This document shows, piece after piece, positions 1 through 8,193 of a stretch of 37,478 nt of DNA. Source of the DNA: a virus (Duplodnaviria > Caudoviricetes); the IMG/VR virus record IMGVR_UViG_3300008085_000011, positions 1 through 37,478 of that record. The stretch is one strand, 5' to 3'. The first letter of the stretch is position 1; each line of letters starts with the position of its first letter. The notes under the pieces were generated by a model that saw nothing but the letters and a program-made list of their open reading frames with translations, was not told the origin of the DNA and did no database searches. Both the position numbers and the translations under genes were made by a program.

Positions 1-123
1 ATTGTTTCACGAGTGATCCCAAGAAATCCCGCCATTGCTTCTTTTGAAAAACCTTGTGCCATCTTGTCAAGGATAGCATCAATCATCCAATCCTCATATT
101 TTGTTGGCCTGCCAACACTGCGC
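1..123. repeat. Terminal direct repeat, copy 1 (circular overlap)
   Basis: 1-123 is identical to 37356-37478 (attgtttcacgagtg...gccaacactgcgc). Confidence 0.97.
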
Positions 124-254
124 TTTTCAATCTCGCCATGTTTTTCAACGAACAACTTATAATTCTCCTCGGCATCTTGAACACTTTGCTCAAGCTTTAA
201 GCGAGTTTTTGATTTTGGCTTTACTGTTTTTTGTTTTGTTTTTCGTGTGCTCAT
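1..254 (-). CDS. terS: Terminase small subunit, 5' part (continues across the circular join to 37079; 176 aa in total)
   Basis: ATG at 254 reads MSTRKTKQ...EKRSVGRPTKYEDWMIDAILDKM, in frame with ORF 37079..37441. GRPTKY followed by an HTH is typical of TerS; the gene lies directly upstream of terL. Confidence 0.88.
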   Translation of the reverse strand, partial: MSTRKTKQKTVKPKSKTRLKLEQSVQDAEENYKLFVEKHGEIEKRSVGRPTKYEDWMIDAILDKMAQGFSKEAMAGFLGITRET

Positions 255-260
255 GAGAAA

Positions 261-290
261 ATTTTACCATGCGTTTATTGTTCTTGACAA
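261..290 (-). promoter_or_regulatory. Putative sigma70-type promoter for terS/late operon
   Basis: Minus strand TTGTCA-N18-TAAAAT with TGn extension, 6 nt before the terS ATG; no Shine-Dalgarno. Confidence 0.55.
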
Positions 291-412
291 TTTTGGCAAT
301 TTTACTCATCCGCATTGTATTTGGGCAAGATCAAATTGAGTATGATGTTTATGAATATCCGAAACAAACAGGCGTTGAGATCACCTATCCTGAAAATCCT
401 TGCCAATGGTAA
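269..412 (+). CDS. Small membrane or secreted protein, 47 aa (not in ORF track)
   Basis: MRLLFLTILAILLIRIVFGQDQIEYDVYEYPKQTGVEITYPENPCQW*; hydrophobic N-terminus; fills the gap and stops at the 411-440 hairpin. Confidence 0.55.
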   Translation: MRLLFLTILAILLIRIVFGQDQIEYDVYEYPKQTGVEITYPENPCQW

Positions 413-440
413 ATAAAAAGGGCCTTACGGCCCTATTTAT
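411..440. terminator. Intrinsic terminator, probably bidirectional
   Basis: AGGGCC-TTAC-GGCCCT stem-loop (GTAA loop on minus strand) with A/T tracts on both sides, between convergent ORFs. Confidence 0.8.
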
Positions 441-508
441 TCATCATTCTCTTTATAATATTCATCATCACACCAAACGCATCCGTCACCATCACAAACA
501 TTGCACAT
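437..508 (-). CDS. Putative 23-aa Cys-rich acidic peptide
   Basis: MCNVCDGDGCVWCDDEYYKENDE*; AGGTGG upstream; starts 1 nt after the previous stop and ends at the terminator. Confidence 0.45.
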   Translation of the reverse strand: MCNVCDGDGCVWCDDEYYKENDE

Positions 509-509
509 A

Positions 510-1022
510 TTAAACCACCTTTTTTAAACACACATGGCCACTATTATCACAAAAATTATTATTTTTCACATTTAAATCAACCTCTGCAACGTGCTCAACA
601 TTAAGCAATTCCAATAAATCTGACATATCGCTTGCACAATCACGAGTCATATCACCAACAAAACCATCACTGATGAATCTCTGCACCATTTCAAAGGTTG
701 GAAAATCTGCCAAAGTCACACCACAACAATCACACTTTGTTGTTTTTTCAATCCAACACATATTGCAGTGATCCCACTCATAGACATGATCACCATCAAG
801 AAACTTTTGGAATTGACCAAAATCCGAGTCAAGTGCAGTCAATAGCTCATCAGCTTTAACAAGAGATATACCTCTGATTTTTCCATGAATATTTCTATTA
901 TTTAAATAATTGCTTAAATAGGATTGACTGCCACCTGTTATGCGCAATAAGTCAGCAATCTTTAGATCACGCTTGCGCATAAGCAACTTAACAAAACCAG
1001 AAAAACACTCATTTATTTGCAT
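510..1022 (-). CDS. XRE-like HTH protein with Cys-rich (zinc finger-like) C-terminal region
   Basis: N-terminal LKIADLLRITGGSQSYLSNYLN HTH pattern; CNMC and CDCC pairs; AGGAG Shine-Dalgarno. Confidence 0.65.
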   Translation of the reverse strand: MQINECFSGFVKLLMRKRDLKIADLLRITGGSQSYLSNYLNNRNIHGKIRGISLVKADELLTALDSDFGQFQKFLDGDHVYEWDHCNMCWIEKTTKCDCCGVTLADFPTFEMVQRFISDGFVGDMTRDCASDMSDLLELLNVEHVAEVDLNVKNNNFCDNSGHVCLKKVV

Positions 1023-1056
1023 TTTATACTCCTAATAGTATATGACACCTTGTGGC

Positions 1057-1065
1057 ATTATATCA
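1057..1065 (-). promoter_or_regulatory. Extended -10 promoter element
   Basis: TGATATAAT (TGnTATAAT) on the minus strand about 35 nt upstream of the 1022 start. Confidence 0.5.
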
Positions 1066-1089
1066 CAATATTATACTTTTTAGAAAAAA

Positions 1090-1444
1090 GGTAACATTTT
1101 ACATTTATACAGTGCGATAATGTCAATAAAATCAACAATGTTACCTTGTTACCTTGCAATTTTTGATCAAAAAAAAAGAGGTAACATTTTAAGTTATTGA
1201 AATCACAAAGGAATCGACCATTTGTTACCTTGTTACCTTATCTTTATAGATATATATATATATATATAAGAAAAAAAATATTTTTTTATATATCTATTCT
1301 TTTATTTCTCTCAAAAGGTAACAAAAAAAGGTAACACTGAAAAATCAATGACTTAGCTGTAAATACATTTTGTGGAAACTTAATGATTTCAAGTGTTACC
1401 TTGAGGTAACAAAAAAAGGTAACATTTTTACCGAAAAGGTAACA
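1090..1444. promoter_or_regulatory. Putative replication origin: 12 GGTAACA/TGTTACC iterons around an AT-rich core
   Basis: GGTAACA at 1090, 1180, 1317, 1330, 1405, 1418, 1438; TGTTACC at 1139, 1147, 1223, 1231, 1394; (AT)n run at about 1250-1268; non-coding and directly downstream of the primase-helicase. Confidence 0.85.
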
Positions 1445-1445
1445 T

Positions 1446-3902
1446 TTACATTTTGATTAAAAGGCCTTTTTTGAGTTGAGTGCCTTGTCTCACAACGATC
1501 TCACGTTCAAAACTTGGATGGCGTTTTAAAATTGCTTTAAGGTTGTGGTACATCGTGCGATTAACCAAAGACCTGAGCTCAACATTTCCAGTTTGGATGA
1601 ACAAACCATCAGAAACTTTTTTGATTCCATATGACCACAAAATCTCATCACCAAAACCATTCTCAAGTAGGTCGGCAATTGTTCGTTTCATTTGGTTATC
1701 AACAATTGTTTCCAATATGTCGTTCAAACAATTCTCACTCTCGTTTGCATCGTTGTCAACCTCGTATGATGATTGGCCTAAATTTAATCTTTTGGCAATC
1801 TGCACAATCAAGTCATGATCTTTGAGCTCACCATCAATCAGCATGGCCACAAAGCACGCCATTGTGGTGCCTATTTGGTCGGCAAGGCGTGAGTCAGTGA
1901 TTAACTCGCTCTTGATGAGTAAATCTCTTATGGTGTTAAAATTGGCCTTAATATGAGGCAATTGTTTGATCATCCGAGAAAACAACCTTGGCCCAAAATT
2001 TTGGATTTCCTCAAAGTCTTTTTGCAATTGTTTCCAATCTGCATTGTGCTCTGCAGTCAATTCAACTTCAAAAAATCTTGAGTAGTCTGCCATCGTTGGC
2101 AAGTAGGATTGGATTGATGACAAAAGAAAAACAGAGTTGACATTGTACTCAAGGGCATCACCTGATGCGGTGCCTCTGATTGTTTTGGTATTTATGCGCC
2201 TTGAGCATTGTCTGATGAGCTCAATGACAGCATCCATTTTGCGTCTTGTCTCTTGGTTATTTGGTTCTGCCTCATCAATGATCATTGGCATTGCGTTTGA
2301 TTTTAAATGCTGTCTAATTGATGCGCTTGTTATTGATTGATAAATTTCACCATTGAAAACGAGCTTTGAGATCATTTTCAAAACCTCGGTTTTTCCTGAT
2401 CCTCTTGGCCCTGTCAACCAAACCATGAAACGCCAATCAAGACCGCCAAAGATTTGTGCTTGAGCGATCCATGCAACTATATAAATAAAGTCACCCTCAT
2501 TTTTAAAACTTAATTTTTTGAAAAGGTCGATGATCTTTTTGCACTCTGCAACTGTTAAAGGATTTTCAACATCACACACCAATGGATCATTTGACTCATA
2601 TAAATATTTCGTTTCAAAGTTCTCTGCAATCTCGCCATCCAAAAGGAAACGATCACCAAGGTTTACAACTGTGCGTGCCTCATCAATCCAACAACCAAAA
2701 CCACGCACGTTTTTAGGATTGAAAAAACCTTGAGCCCTTTGCTCCTCAATCACACGCTCAATCACCTGATCCCAATTAACATGACCAATCCTTTGCTCAC
2801 CCTCTTCATTTCTTTTCCAACCATAGACATCACCCCAATAAAAACTGCCTGCCATTGTGAGAAAATTATTTTTTGTGTGCTCTGTTGGTGACAGGTCAAG
2901 CACTTGTCTTGTTTCAGTTGAATAGTAAAAAAACTTTTTGCCTTGCCTGCCAAGTGTGTGCACTGTCACAAAATCTGCATAACTGAAAATTAATTGATTG
3001 CGAGTTTCATCAGCACCGACAATGCAATAAAGATCATTAAAGTCACTCATCCCGCTTTTGTGCACGCCAAAGTCAGGCACCTTGATCACGCAATTTGATG
3101 CCAATTTTTTGGCATTTCTTGCTTTAATAATTCCAATGTTTTCCATTTTTCCAGTTTGATTGTTTTTCCTCTCGTGATCATTATCAGCGCAAATTATAAT
3201 TTTACATTTTGGATTTATTTTCCTGATGTTTGAAATAACGGCATCCAAATTGTGGCAGTTAAATGCAACCACAACAGGCTTTTGCGTCACCTCAAAGATC
3301 GTGCAACCTGTTGCAAATCCCTCGCACAAATAAAGGAAATCAGCATTTTTAAAATCACCAAGACCTGTGAATGATCCACGCATCCTGATGCCTGTTGTGA
3401 ATCTTTTTTCAAAACCACCATCATCATTTGCAAAGATGATCTGACAACCAACAAAGCCATCAAGATCATAAACAGGAATAAATAGGCCATTGTTTTCAGG
3501 ATTGATCCTTGCAATGTAATTTGAAACCAATTTTTTCCCTGACATATATGCGTGCAACTCTGCTTTTTCAGGCATTGCGTGGAAAATTGGAAACCATTTC
3601 TGCTTGCAGTCAGCGTGCTTTTTTTCAGCTTCAAAATTTTGAATGGCAATAACTTGATCAATTGCCTCTTTTGCTTTTCCTAAAAAATGCTTACTCTGAG
3701 CTTTTGGATCATAGTTTGACCATGTGTGCTTTTCGCCTGTTTTCCAATCACCAAAAGTTGCAAAATAATAAACATTGCCTTTGACGACAAATTCACTGCC
3801 AACTGACCACAAACTGTCTTTACGGTAAAATTTACCATCAAATGAAAATGATGGCACTTCTTGATTGAAGTGATGCAAAAACGCATCATATATTGTGCTC
3901 AT
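1446..3902 (-). CDS. DNA primase-helicase (TOPRIM plus P-loop NTPase)
   Basis: TOPRIM motifs CEGFATG, VVAFN, IICADND, SDFNDL; Walker A GPRGSGKT; Walker B IIDEAE. Confidence 0.9.
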   Translation of the reverse strand: MSTIYDAFLHHFNQEVPSFSFDGKFYRKDSLWSVGSEFVVKGNVYYFATFGDWKTGEKHTWSNYDPKAQSKHFLGKAKEAIDQVIAIQNFEAEKKHADCKQKWFPIFHAMPEKAELHAYMSGKKLVSNYIARINPENNGLFIPVYDLDGFVGCQIIFANDDGGFEKRFTTGIRMRGSFTGLGDFKNADFLYLCEGFATGCTIFEVTQKPVVVAFNCHNLDAVISNIRKINPKCKIIICADNDHERKNNQTGKMENIGIIKARNAKKLASNCVIKVPDFGVHKSGMSDFNDLYCIVGADETRNQLIFSYADFVTVHTLGRQGKKFFYYSTETRQVLDLSPTEHTKNNFLTMAGSFYWGDVYGWKRNEEGEQRIGHVNWDQVIERVIEEQRAQGFFNPKNVRGFGCWIDEARTVVNLGDRFLLDGEIAENFETKYLYESNDPLVCDVENPLTVAECKKIIDLFKKLSFKNEGDFIYIVAWIAQAQIFGGLDWRFMVWLTGPRGSGKTEVLKMISKLVFNGEIYQSITSASIRQHLKSNAMPMIIDEAEPNNQETRRKMDAVIELIRQCSRRINTKTIRGTASGDALEYNVNSVFLLSSIQSYLPTMADYSRFFEVELTAEHNADWKQLQKDFEEIQNFGPRLFSRMIKQLPHIKANFNTIRDLLIKSELITDSRLADQIGTTMACFVAMLIDGELKDHDLIVQIAKRLNLGQSSYEVDNDANESENCLNDILETIVDNQMKRTIADLLENGFGDEILWSYGIKKVSDGLFIQTGNVELRSLVNRTMYHNLKAILKRHPSFEREIVVRQGTQLKKGLLIKM

Positions 3903-3930
3903 GAAAACCTGCTTTTTATGATTTTGGAAA

Positions 3931-4350
3931 TCAACTGTGACCGATTGACTCTATTTTATCAAGGCAAATCTTGATCAATTTTTGCAAATCCTCATAACAT
4001 TTTATAACACCATAAATGCCATGCATCGACTCAATCAATTTTTGATAGTTTACTTGTGACTCGGATTGTCTTGCGTTACCTGTTTTAAATTCAAGCTCAA
4101 CAATCACAGGCCCAATTGGTGATGGCACAAGTGCATAAACATCGGCCTGACCATTAACGCCAACTTTCACTGGTCTGCCCTCACTTGTGTAAAGTTGACC
4201 ATTAAAGCGTTTAAAAAATCTTATTGTTGGAAATTCTAATTGTCCTTTTTCAAGGCATAGATTCATCAGGTTTTGATGTGCTCGGTATGATCCAATTGAT
4301 TTAGTCTCGTTTCTTGAGCTCGGTTTTCCTCGATCATTCTTTTCAACCAC
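3931..4350 (-). CDS. VRR-NUC-like / PD-(D/E)XK nuclease (start may be 4266)
   Basis: GQADV...ELEFKT...QSESQ motif; usual neighbour of a phage SF2 helicase; TGATG overlap at 4264-4268. Confidence 0.75.
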   Translation of the reverse strand: MVEKNDRGKPSSRNETKSIGSYRAHQNLMNLCLEKGQLEFPTIRFFKRFNGQLYTSEGRPVKVGVNGQADVYALVPSPIGPVIVELEFKTGNARQSESQVNYQKLIESMHGIYGVIKCYEDLQKLIKICLDKIESIGHS

Positions 4351-5756
4351 TTTGGCAATCCTAGTTCTTTTTCAAATTCAAAAATGCCATCACCAAAACG
4401 CTTGTGCAGTTTGAAAAATTTTGCATTTGGTTTCCAGTTTTTAACGATGGCTTGCCCCTCAAGAGTTGTCAACCCTCGCCTGAAACGCTCATAGTTGAAA
4501 CTTCTTTTATTGACTTCAATCAACTCGCCATCCTCATGCTCAATTTCACGAGTTGATTTTAAAAGCTCTGCAGAGCAATAAGGGCACACCCTAAACTGAG
4601 GAGAGACAACGGCAAAGCAACTCATGCAAGTTCTCACAAATGTTGGTTTTTCCTCATCCTCTTTTTTCTTTTTCTTAATGTCATCATGAGTCAGGCAGGC
4701 GGTGCGCATATCAAATGGCAATCCATGCCTCTCTGAGTTGTTCGCATGATCCAAAACAATGCAATCCTCTTTGTTTTTATAAGGTCGTAAACCTCTGCCA
4801 ACTTGTTGGATATATAAAATTTCACTCATCGTTGGGCGTGCGAGTATTAGGCATCCAATTGATGGCACATCAATGCCTGTTGAGAAAATATTGACGTTGC
4901 ATAAAATTTTTATGTTTCCAGTTTTGAGATCATTGATTGCGTTGGCACGCTCCTCACTTGTGTGACTCTCATCACAATATATTGATCTGATGCCATCATT
5001 ATTAAAGGCGTGTGCCATCAGTTGTGCATGAGCTTTGTTGACTGCAAATAATATCGTTGGTCTGCCTTGGCCGTAAATTTTCCAAGTGCGCACAATGTCG
5101 CCAACAACTTTTAAATCCTTAACGACATCAAAAAGCTCATCATTTTTATAGTCGCCTGCCACCTTTTTGACATTGCTCACATCAATTTTCTTTGGCGCAA
5201 AAAGCCTTGCATCAACCAAAAAGCCTTGATCACGCAACTCATGTGCCTCAATTGACTTAATGTAAGTTTCCCAAAAAATGAGAGGTTTACCACCAACTGC
5301 AAATGGCGTGGCAGTAAATCCAATAAAAAACTTTTCACCAAGAAAATCAAATAGTTTTACATATGTTGGCGAGGTGGTGTCATGGCACTCATCAATCAAC
5401 ACAACGTCAAATGACTTTAAAAAATCCAATTTATCCAATCGTCTTGAGATTGTGTCGATTGAGCAAATTTGCACATGGTTTGTTTTGTCGAAACGCTTAT
5501 CATTTGCCATCAAGATTGATGACCTGATTTGATGATATGACAAAAAGTTTTTATAGGTTTGAAAAATAAGCTCACGTCTGCGCATAACCACAAGCACCTT
5601 TTTGCCATTTCCAATTGCACCATTGGTAATGTCGCTCATGGCAAGACCTTTGCCCGCACCTGTTTGCGCCCAATAGATAATGCGCTTACATCCTCTCTTG
5701 ATCTTATCTCTCAAGAGCTCTTTTGCTTTATTTTGATAAGGTCTCAACATGATCAT
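4266..5756 (-). CDS. SF2 DEAD/DEAH-box helicase with C-terminal zinc ribbon
   Basis: LRPYQ, TGAGKG, DECH, TAT, TGIDVP and QQVGRGLR motifs; CMSC...CPYC. Confidence 0.93.
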   Translation of the reverse strand: MIMLRPYQNKAKELLRDKIKRGCKRIIYWAQTGAGKGLAMSDITNGAIGNGKKVLVVMRRRELIFQTYKNFLSYHQIRSSILMANDKRFDKTNHVQICSIDTISRRLDKLDFLKSFDVVLIDECHDTTSPTYVKLFDFLGEKFFIGFTATPFAVGGKPLIFWETYIKSIEAHELRDQGFLVDARLFAPKKIDVSNVKKVAGDYKNDELFDVVKDLKVVGDIVRTWKIYGQGRPTILFAVNKAHAQLMAHAFNNDGIRSIYCDESHTSEERANAINDLKTGNIKILCNVNIFSTGIDVPSIGCLILARPTMSEILYIQQVGRGLRPYKNKEDCIVLDHANNSERHGLPFDMRTACLTHDDIKKKKKEDEEKPTFVRTCMSCFAVVSPQFRVCPYCSAELLKSTREIEHEDGELIEVNKRSFNYERFRRGLTTLEGQAIVKNWKPNAKFFKLHKRFGDGIFEFEKELGLPKWLKRMIEENRAQETRLNQLDHTEHIKT

Positions 5757-5919
5757 TTATATCAATCCTCGCCATCCGCACAAGTTCCTCGTGCAATGCT
5801 ATCTGAATTTTCACATGGTGCACCTGATCCTTGTGCGTCAATAGATTTTGCTTGTCTCTCAATTCTTGCAAACGTCTTTTGAAAAACCTCAACTGCTTTT
5901 GCTTTTCCTTCACGCTCAT
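5728..5919 (-). CDS. Possible overlapping basic coiled-coil protein
   Basis: 63 aa, helical K/Q/L-rich; GGGGG upstream of the ATG; overlaps the 5762..6046 ORF in another frame. Confidence 0.4.
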   Translation of the reverse strand: MSVKEKQKQLRFFKRRLQELRDKQNLLTHKDQVHHVKIQIALHEELVRMARIDINDHVETLSK

Positions 5920-6046
5920 AAATAACCCCCAATTTTATAAAAAAAACCAACTCTGCAGGTCTGTTGTATTGATCAGCATCGTTGTTTAAATAGCCATCAA
6001 CTGCCTCTTGAATAAATGTCATGATGTTTTCATCATTAGTTTTCAT
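5762..6046 (-). CDS. Hypothetical protein
   Basis: 94-aa ORF tightly packed between its neighbours; no motif recognised. Confidence 0.55.
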   Translation of the reverse strand: MKTNDENIMTFIQEAVDGYLNNDADQYNRPAELVFFIKLGVIYEREGKAKAVEVFQKTFARIERQAKSIDAQGSGAPCENSDSIARGTCADGED

Positions 6047-6569
6047 AATAACTCAAAAAAACCCTGTGCCTTTTGTTTTTCTCATCCAATACTGACCAAT
6101 AAAATGGATCAAAACTCGTGTAAAGAGTGCCACGCCTGTTGATTTGTTTGTTGAGTATTTTAGCGCAAGCATAAATCTGGTTAATTGGATCAAAGATAGT
6201 TTTATCTGGATCATCATCACTCAAGTTTTTATCCTGATCCCAATTGAACCAAGTCACGCCATTGTAGATTGAATCCTGATAGCTCAATTGAAAAAGACCT
6301 TCACTGACAACTTGCTTGCCTGTGACAGCATCATTGCCAAGATTTTCAACGTAACGCTCTGTTAAGTTGAAACCCGACTCTGCATAGGCAAGTGCCTGAA
6401 TGAATTTTTTAAAATCATCATAATTTAAAAAGAAATCTGAAAAATTGTCATATTGGTGAAACGATCTAAAAACGTGCTCATTCCACTCTTCTTGCCAAAT
6501 GTGCTTACCTGGCATCTTTGGTGCACTTCTTTTTTTAAGTCTCTTGAAAAAATTGATCAACCATTTCAC
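6036..6569 (-). CDS. Lytic transglycosylase (SLT / lysozyme-like)
   Basis: Catalytic AESGFN, GLFQLS and FDP..Q motifs. Confidence 0.85.
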   Translation of the reverse strand: MKWLINFFKRLKKRSAPKMPGKHIWQEEWNEHVFRSFHQYDNFSDFFLNYDDFKKFIQALAYAESGFNLTERYVENLGNDAVTGKQVVSEGLFQLSYQDSIYNGVTWFNWDQDKNLSDDDPDKTIFDPINQIYACAKILNKQINRRGTLYTSFDPFYWSVLDEKNKRHRVFLSYYEN

Positions 6570-6742
6570 TACTTTCCCCCTTGCATACTTTTTTAGTATA
6601 ATACTATTTAATACGCTTATTAGTACAATTCTTCCTACTGGGATTTATTTATAACTTATTCGCTAAAAAACCTAGATTTTCTCCCTACTGGGAGCATTAA
6701 ATTTCTCAAGAAATTGTCTTGCTCGCTCTTTGTAGTCTTTAA

Positions 6743-7099
6743 TTATTCGTTTGACGGACTATTGCTGTCATAATTCCAAATATAATTAATCACCTCAACC
6801 ACTTCTTTTAGCTGAGTCTTTAATGATTCAATCTCTTTCCTGAGTCTCTCTTCAACACCTCTGTATCTATATCCTTCAGTAGCCTTTTCCAATTCAACAA
6901 CTTGCTCAGATAAAGTTTTATTCTCAGCTTCTAGTTGAGAGATTTTTCTGCTTAAAATATGCAATTCCGCAAGGTAGGTAAATTTATCACAACCTGAGTG
7001 ATGCTCACTTCTAAAACCACTCATATAATCACACCTTGCCCACGATTTGCATTTGCATTTTTTTGATTTTTGTACATATTGCTCAACGATATCAATCAT
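6743..7099 (-). CDS. Hypothetical Cys/His-rich plus coiled-coil protein
   Basis: CKC...C...HHSGC N-terminus followed by heptad repeats. Confidence 0.65.
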   Translation of the reverse strand: MIDIVEQYVQKSKKCKCKSWARCDYMSGFRSEHHSGCDKFTYLAELHILSRKISQLEAENKTLSEQVVELEKATEGYRYRGVEERLRKEIESLKTQLKEVVEVINYIWNYDSNSPSNE

Positions 7100-7102
7100 T
7101 CT

Positions 7103-7240
7103 CTATTCCTTTACTTCGTATTCGTTGATAAATTCGTTCAACATTTCAAATTCTGTATATGGGAAGCAAAATTTGTTGTCATAAAAACTAGATACAGTAT
7201 ATGTCTCTCCTGTTTTTATTTTATAAATTGCATGAATCAC
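7103..7240 (-). CDS. Small hypothetical protein, 45 aa (not in ORF track)
   Basis: GTG start, MIHAIYKIKTGETYTVSSFYDNKFCFPYTEFEMLNEFINEYEVKE*; fills the gap between flanking genes. Confidence 0.5.
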   Translation of the reverse strand: MIHAIYKIKTGETYTVSSFYDNKFCFPYTEFEMLNEFINEYEVKE

Positions 7241-7256
7241 CTCTGGTTAATAATTA

Positions 7257-7928
7257 TTATGCAAACTGCTCCAATGTTTTTGCCAAAAAGTCACCATAGC
7301 CTTGATGATCCTCAATTATCTGCACACTCTCATTTGTCCTATAGTCTGCAAAACATGGTTCTATAAGCATTGAAGGGACGCCGACATCACTCATTGCACT
7401 CAAAAAACCTGCACCACGATCTGATGAGTTCAAGACCTTCACGCCATTATCACCACGAGCTCTGATTGAATATCTCTCAATGAAACCATCAGCAATAACT
7501 CGTGCAATTTTTTCACTCATTTTGTTTGTTAAAATCTCAAAACCTCGTGCCTCAGGAATACCCGAGGCGTTCAAGTGCAACTCAATTGCCAAGTCTGCAC
7601 CAATGTCTTTTGCATCACGAGCAAGTGAGCGCATTGCGCTTGTATAATTTACACTGTTTTGACGATAACCAATAAAAATGTTGATTTTCTCTTTATTGAT
7701 ATAAGACTTGCACGCAATGGCAACGTCCTGATTAAAACTGTACTCTGATTTGTAGCGGTCATTTTTATAGATTTCCATGCCACCATCAACTGCAGAGTGA
7801 CCAACAACTAGGAAAATTGTTTTTGCTTTTGGATTAACTGGCACAACATTGCCACTGCTTGCGTCACTATTACTCGTGCCTTTTATCTTGCTAATTATAA
7901 TATTGAAAAAACGGATCAAAAATTTCAT
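7257..7928 (-). CDS. N-acetylmuramoyl-L-alanine amidase (Amidase_3 family)
   Basis: Zinc-site motifs LVVGHS, SEY, IELHLNA and catalytic MLIEPCF. Confidence 0.92.
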   Translation of the reverse strand: MKFLIRFFNIIISKIKGTSNSDASSGNVVPVNPKAKTIFLVVGHSAVDGGMEIYKNDRYKSEYSFNQDVAIACKSYINKEKINIFIGYRQNSVNYTSAMRSLARDAKDIGADLAIELHLNASGIPEARGFEILTNKMSEKIARVIADGFIERYSIRARGDNGVKVLNSSDRGAGFLSAMSDVGVPSMLIEPCFADYRTNESVQIIEDHQGYGDFLAKTLEQFA

Positions 7929-8193
7929 GCTCCTTTCCTTTTGTTAAATAAAAATAAAGTTTTGCACAGGCTTTTGTGTCGCTCAGTGCGTTGTGGTGAT
8001 CAAGCTCAATGCCCAATGTTTTTGCCCATTCATTGAGCTTATTGTTTCGGTGCCCTAGTTTTCTTGCGGTCTCAATTGTGCTCAAGGTGCATTTGTGGTT
8101 AAACATTTTATAAATTGATTTTTCAAGTCCTGTTTTTCTAAATGTGTAATCAAAAAAGTGCCAATCAAATCCCTTTAGTGCGTGATAAATCAA
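7891..8193 (-). CDS. DEDDh 3'-5' exonuclease, C-terminal half (ExoII and ExoIII)
   Basis: YHA..FDWHF and HHNALSD motifs; in the -1 frame relative to the upstream half. Confidence 0.8.
   Translation of the reverse strand: MIYHALKGFDWHFFDYTFRKTGLEKSIYKMFNHKCTLSTIETARKLGHRNNKLNEWAKTLGIELDHHNALSDTKACAKLYFYLTKGKEHEIFDPFFQYYN

Noticed and set aside
1-123. 123-bp end repeat as a biological terminal repeat
   Set aside because: It lies mid-terS; more simply an assembly overlap of a circular or permuted genome.
1090-1444. Repeats as a CRISPR array
   Set aside because: Units are 7 bp, in both orientations and irregularly spaced; no cas genes.
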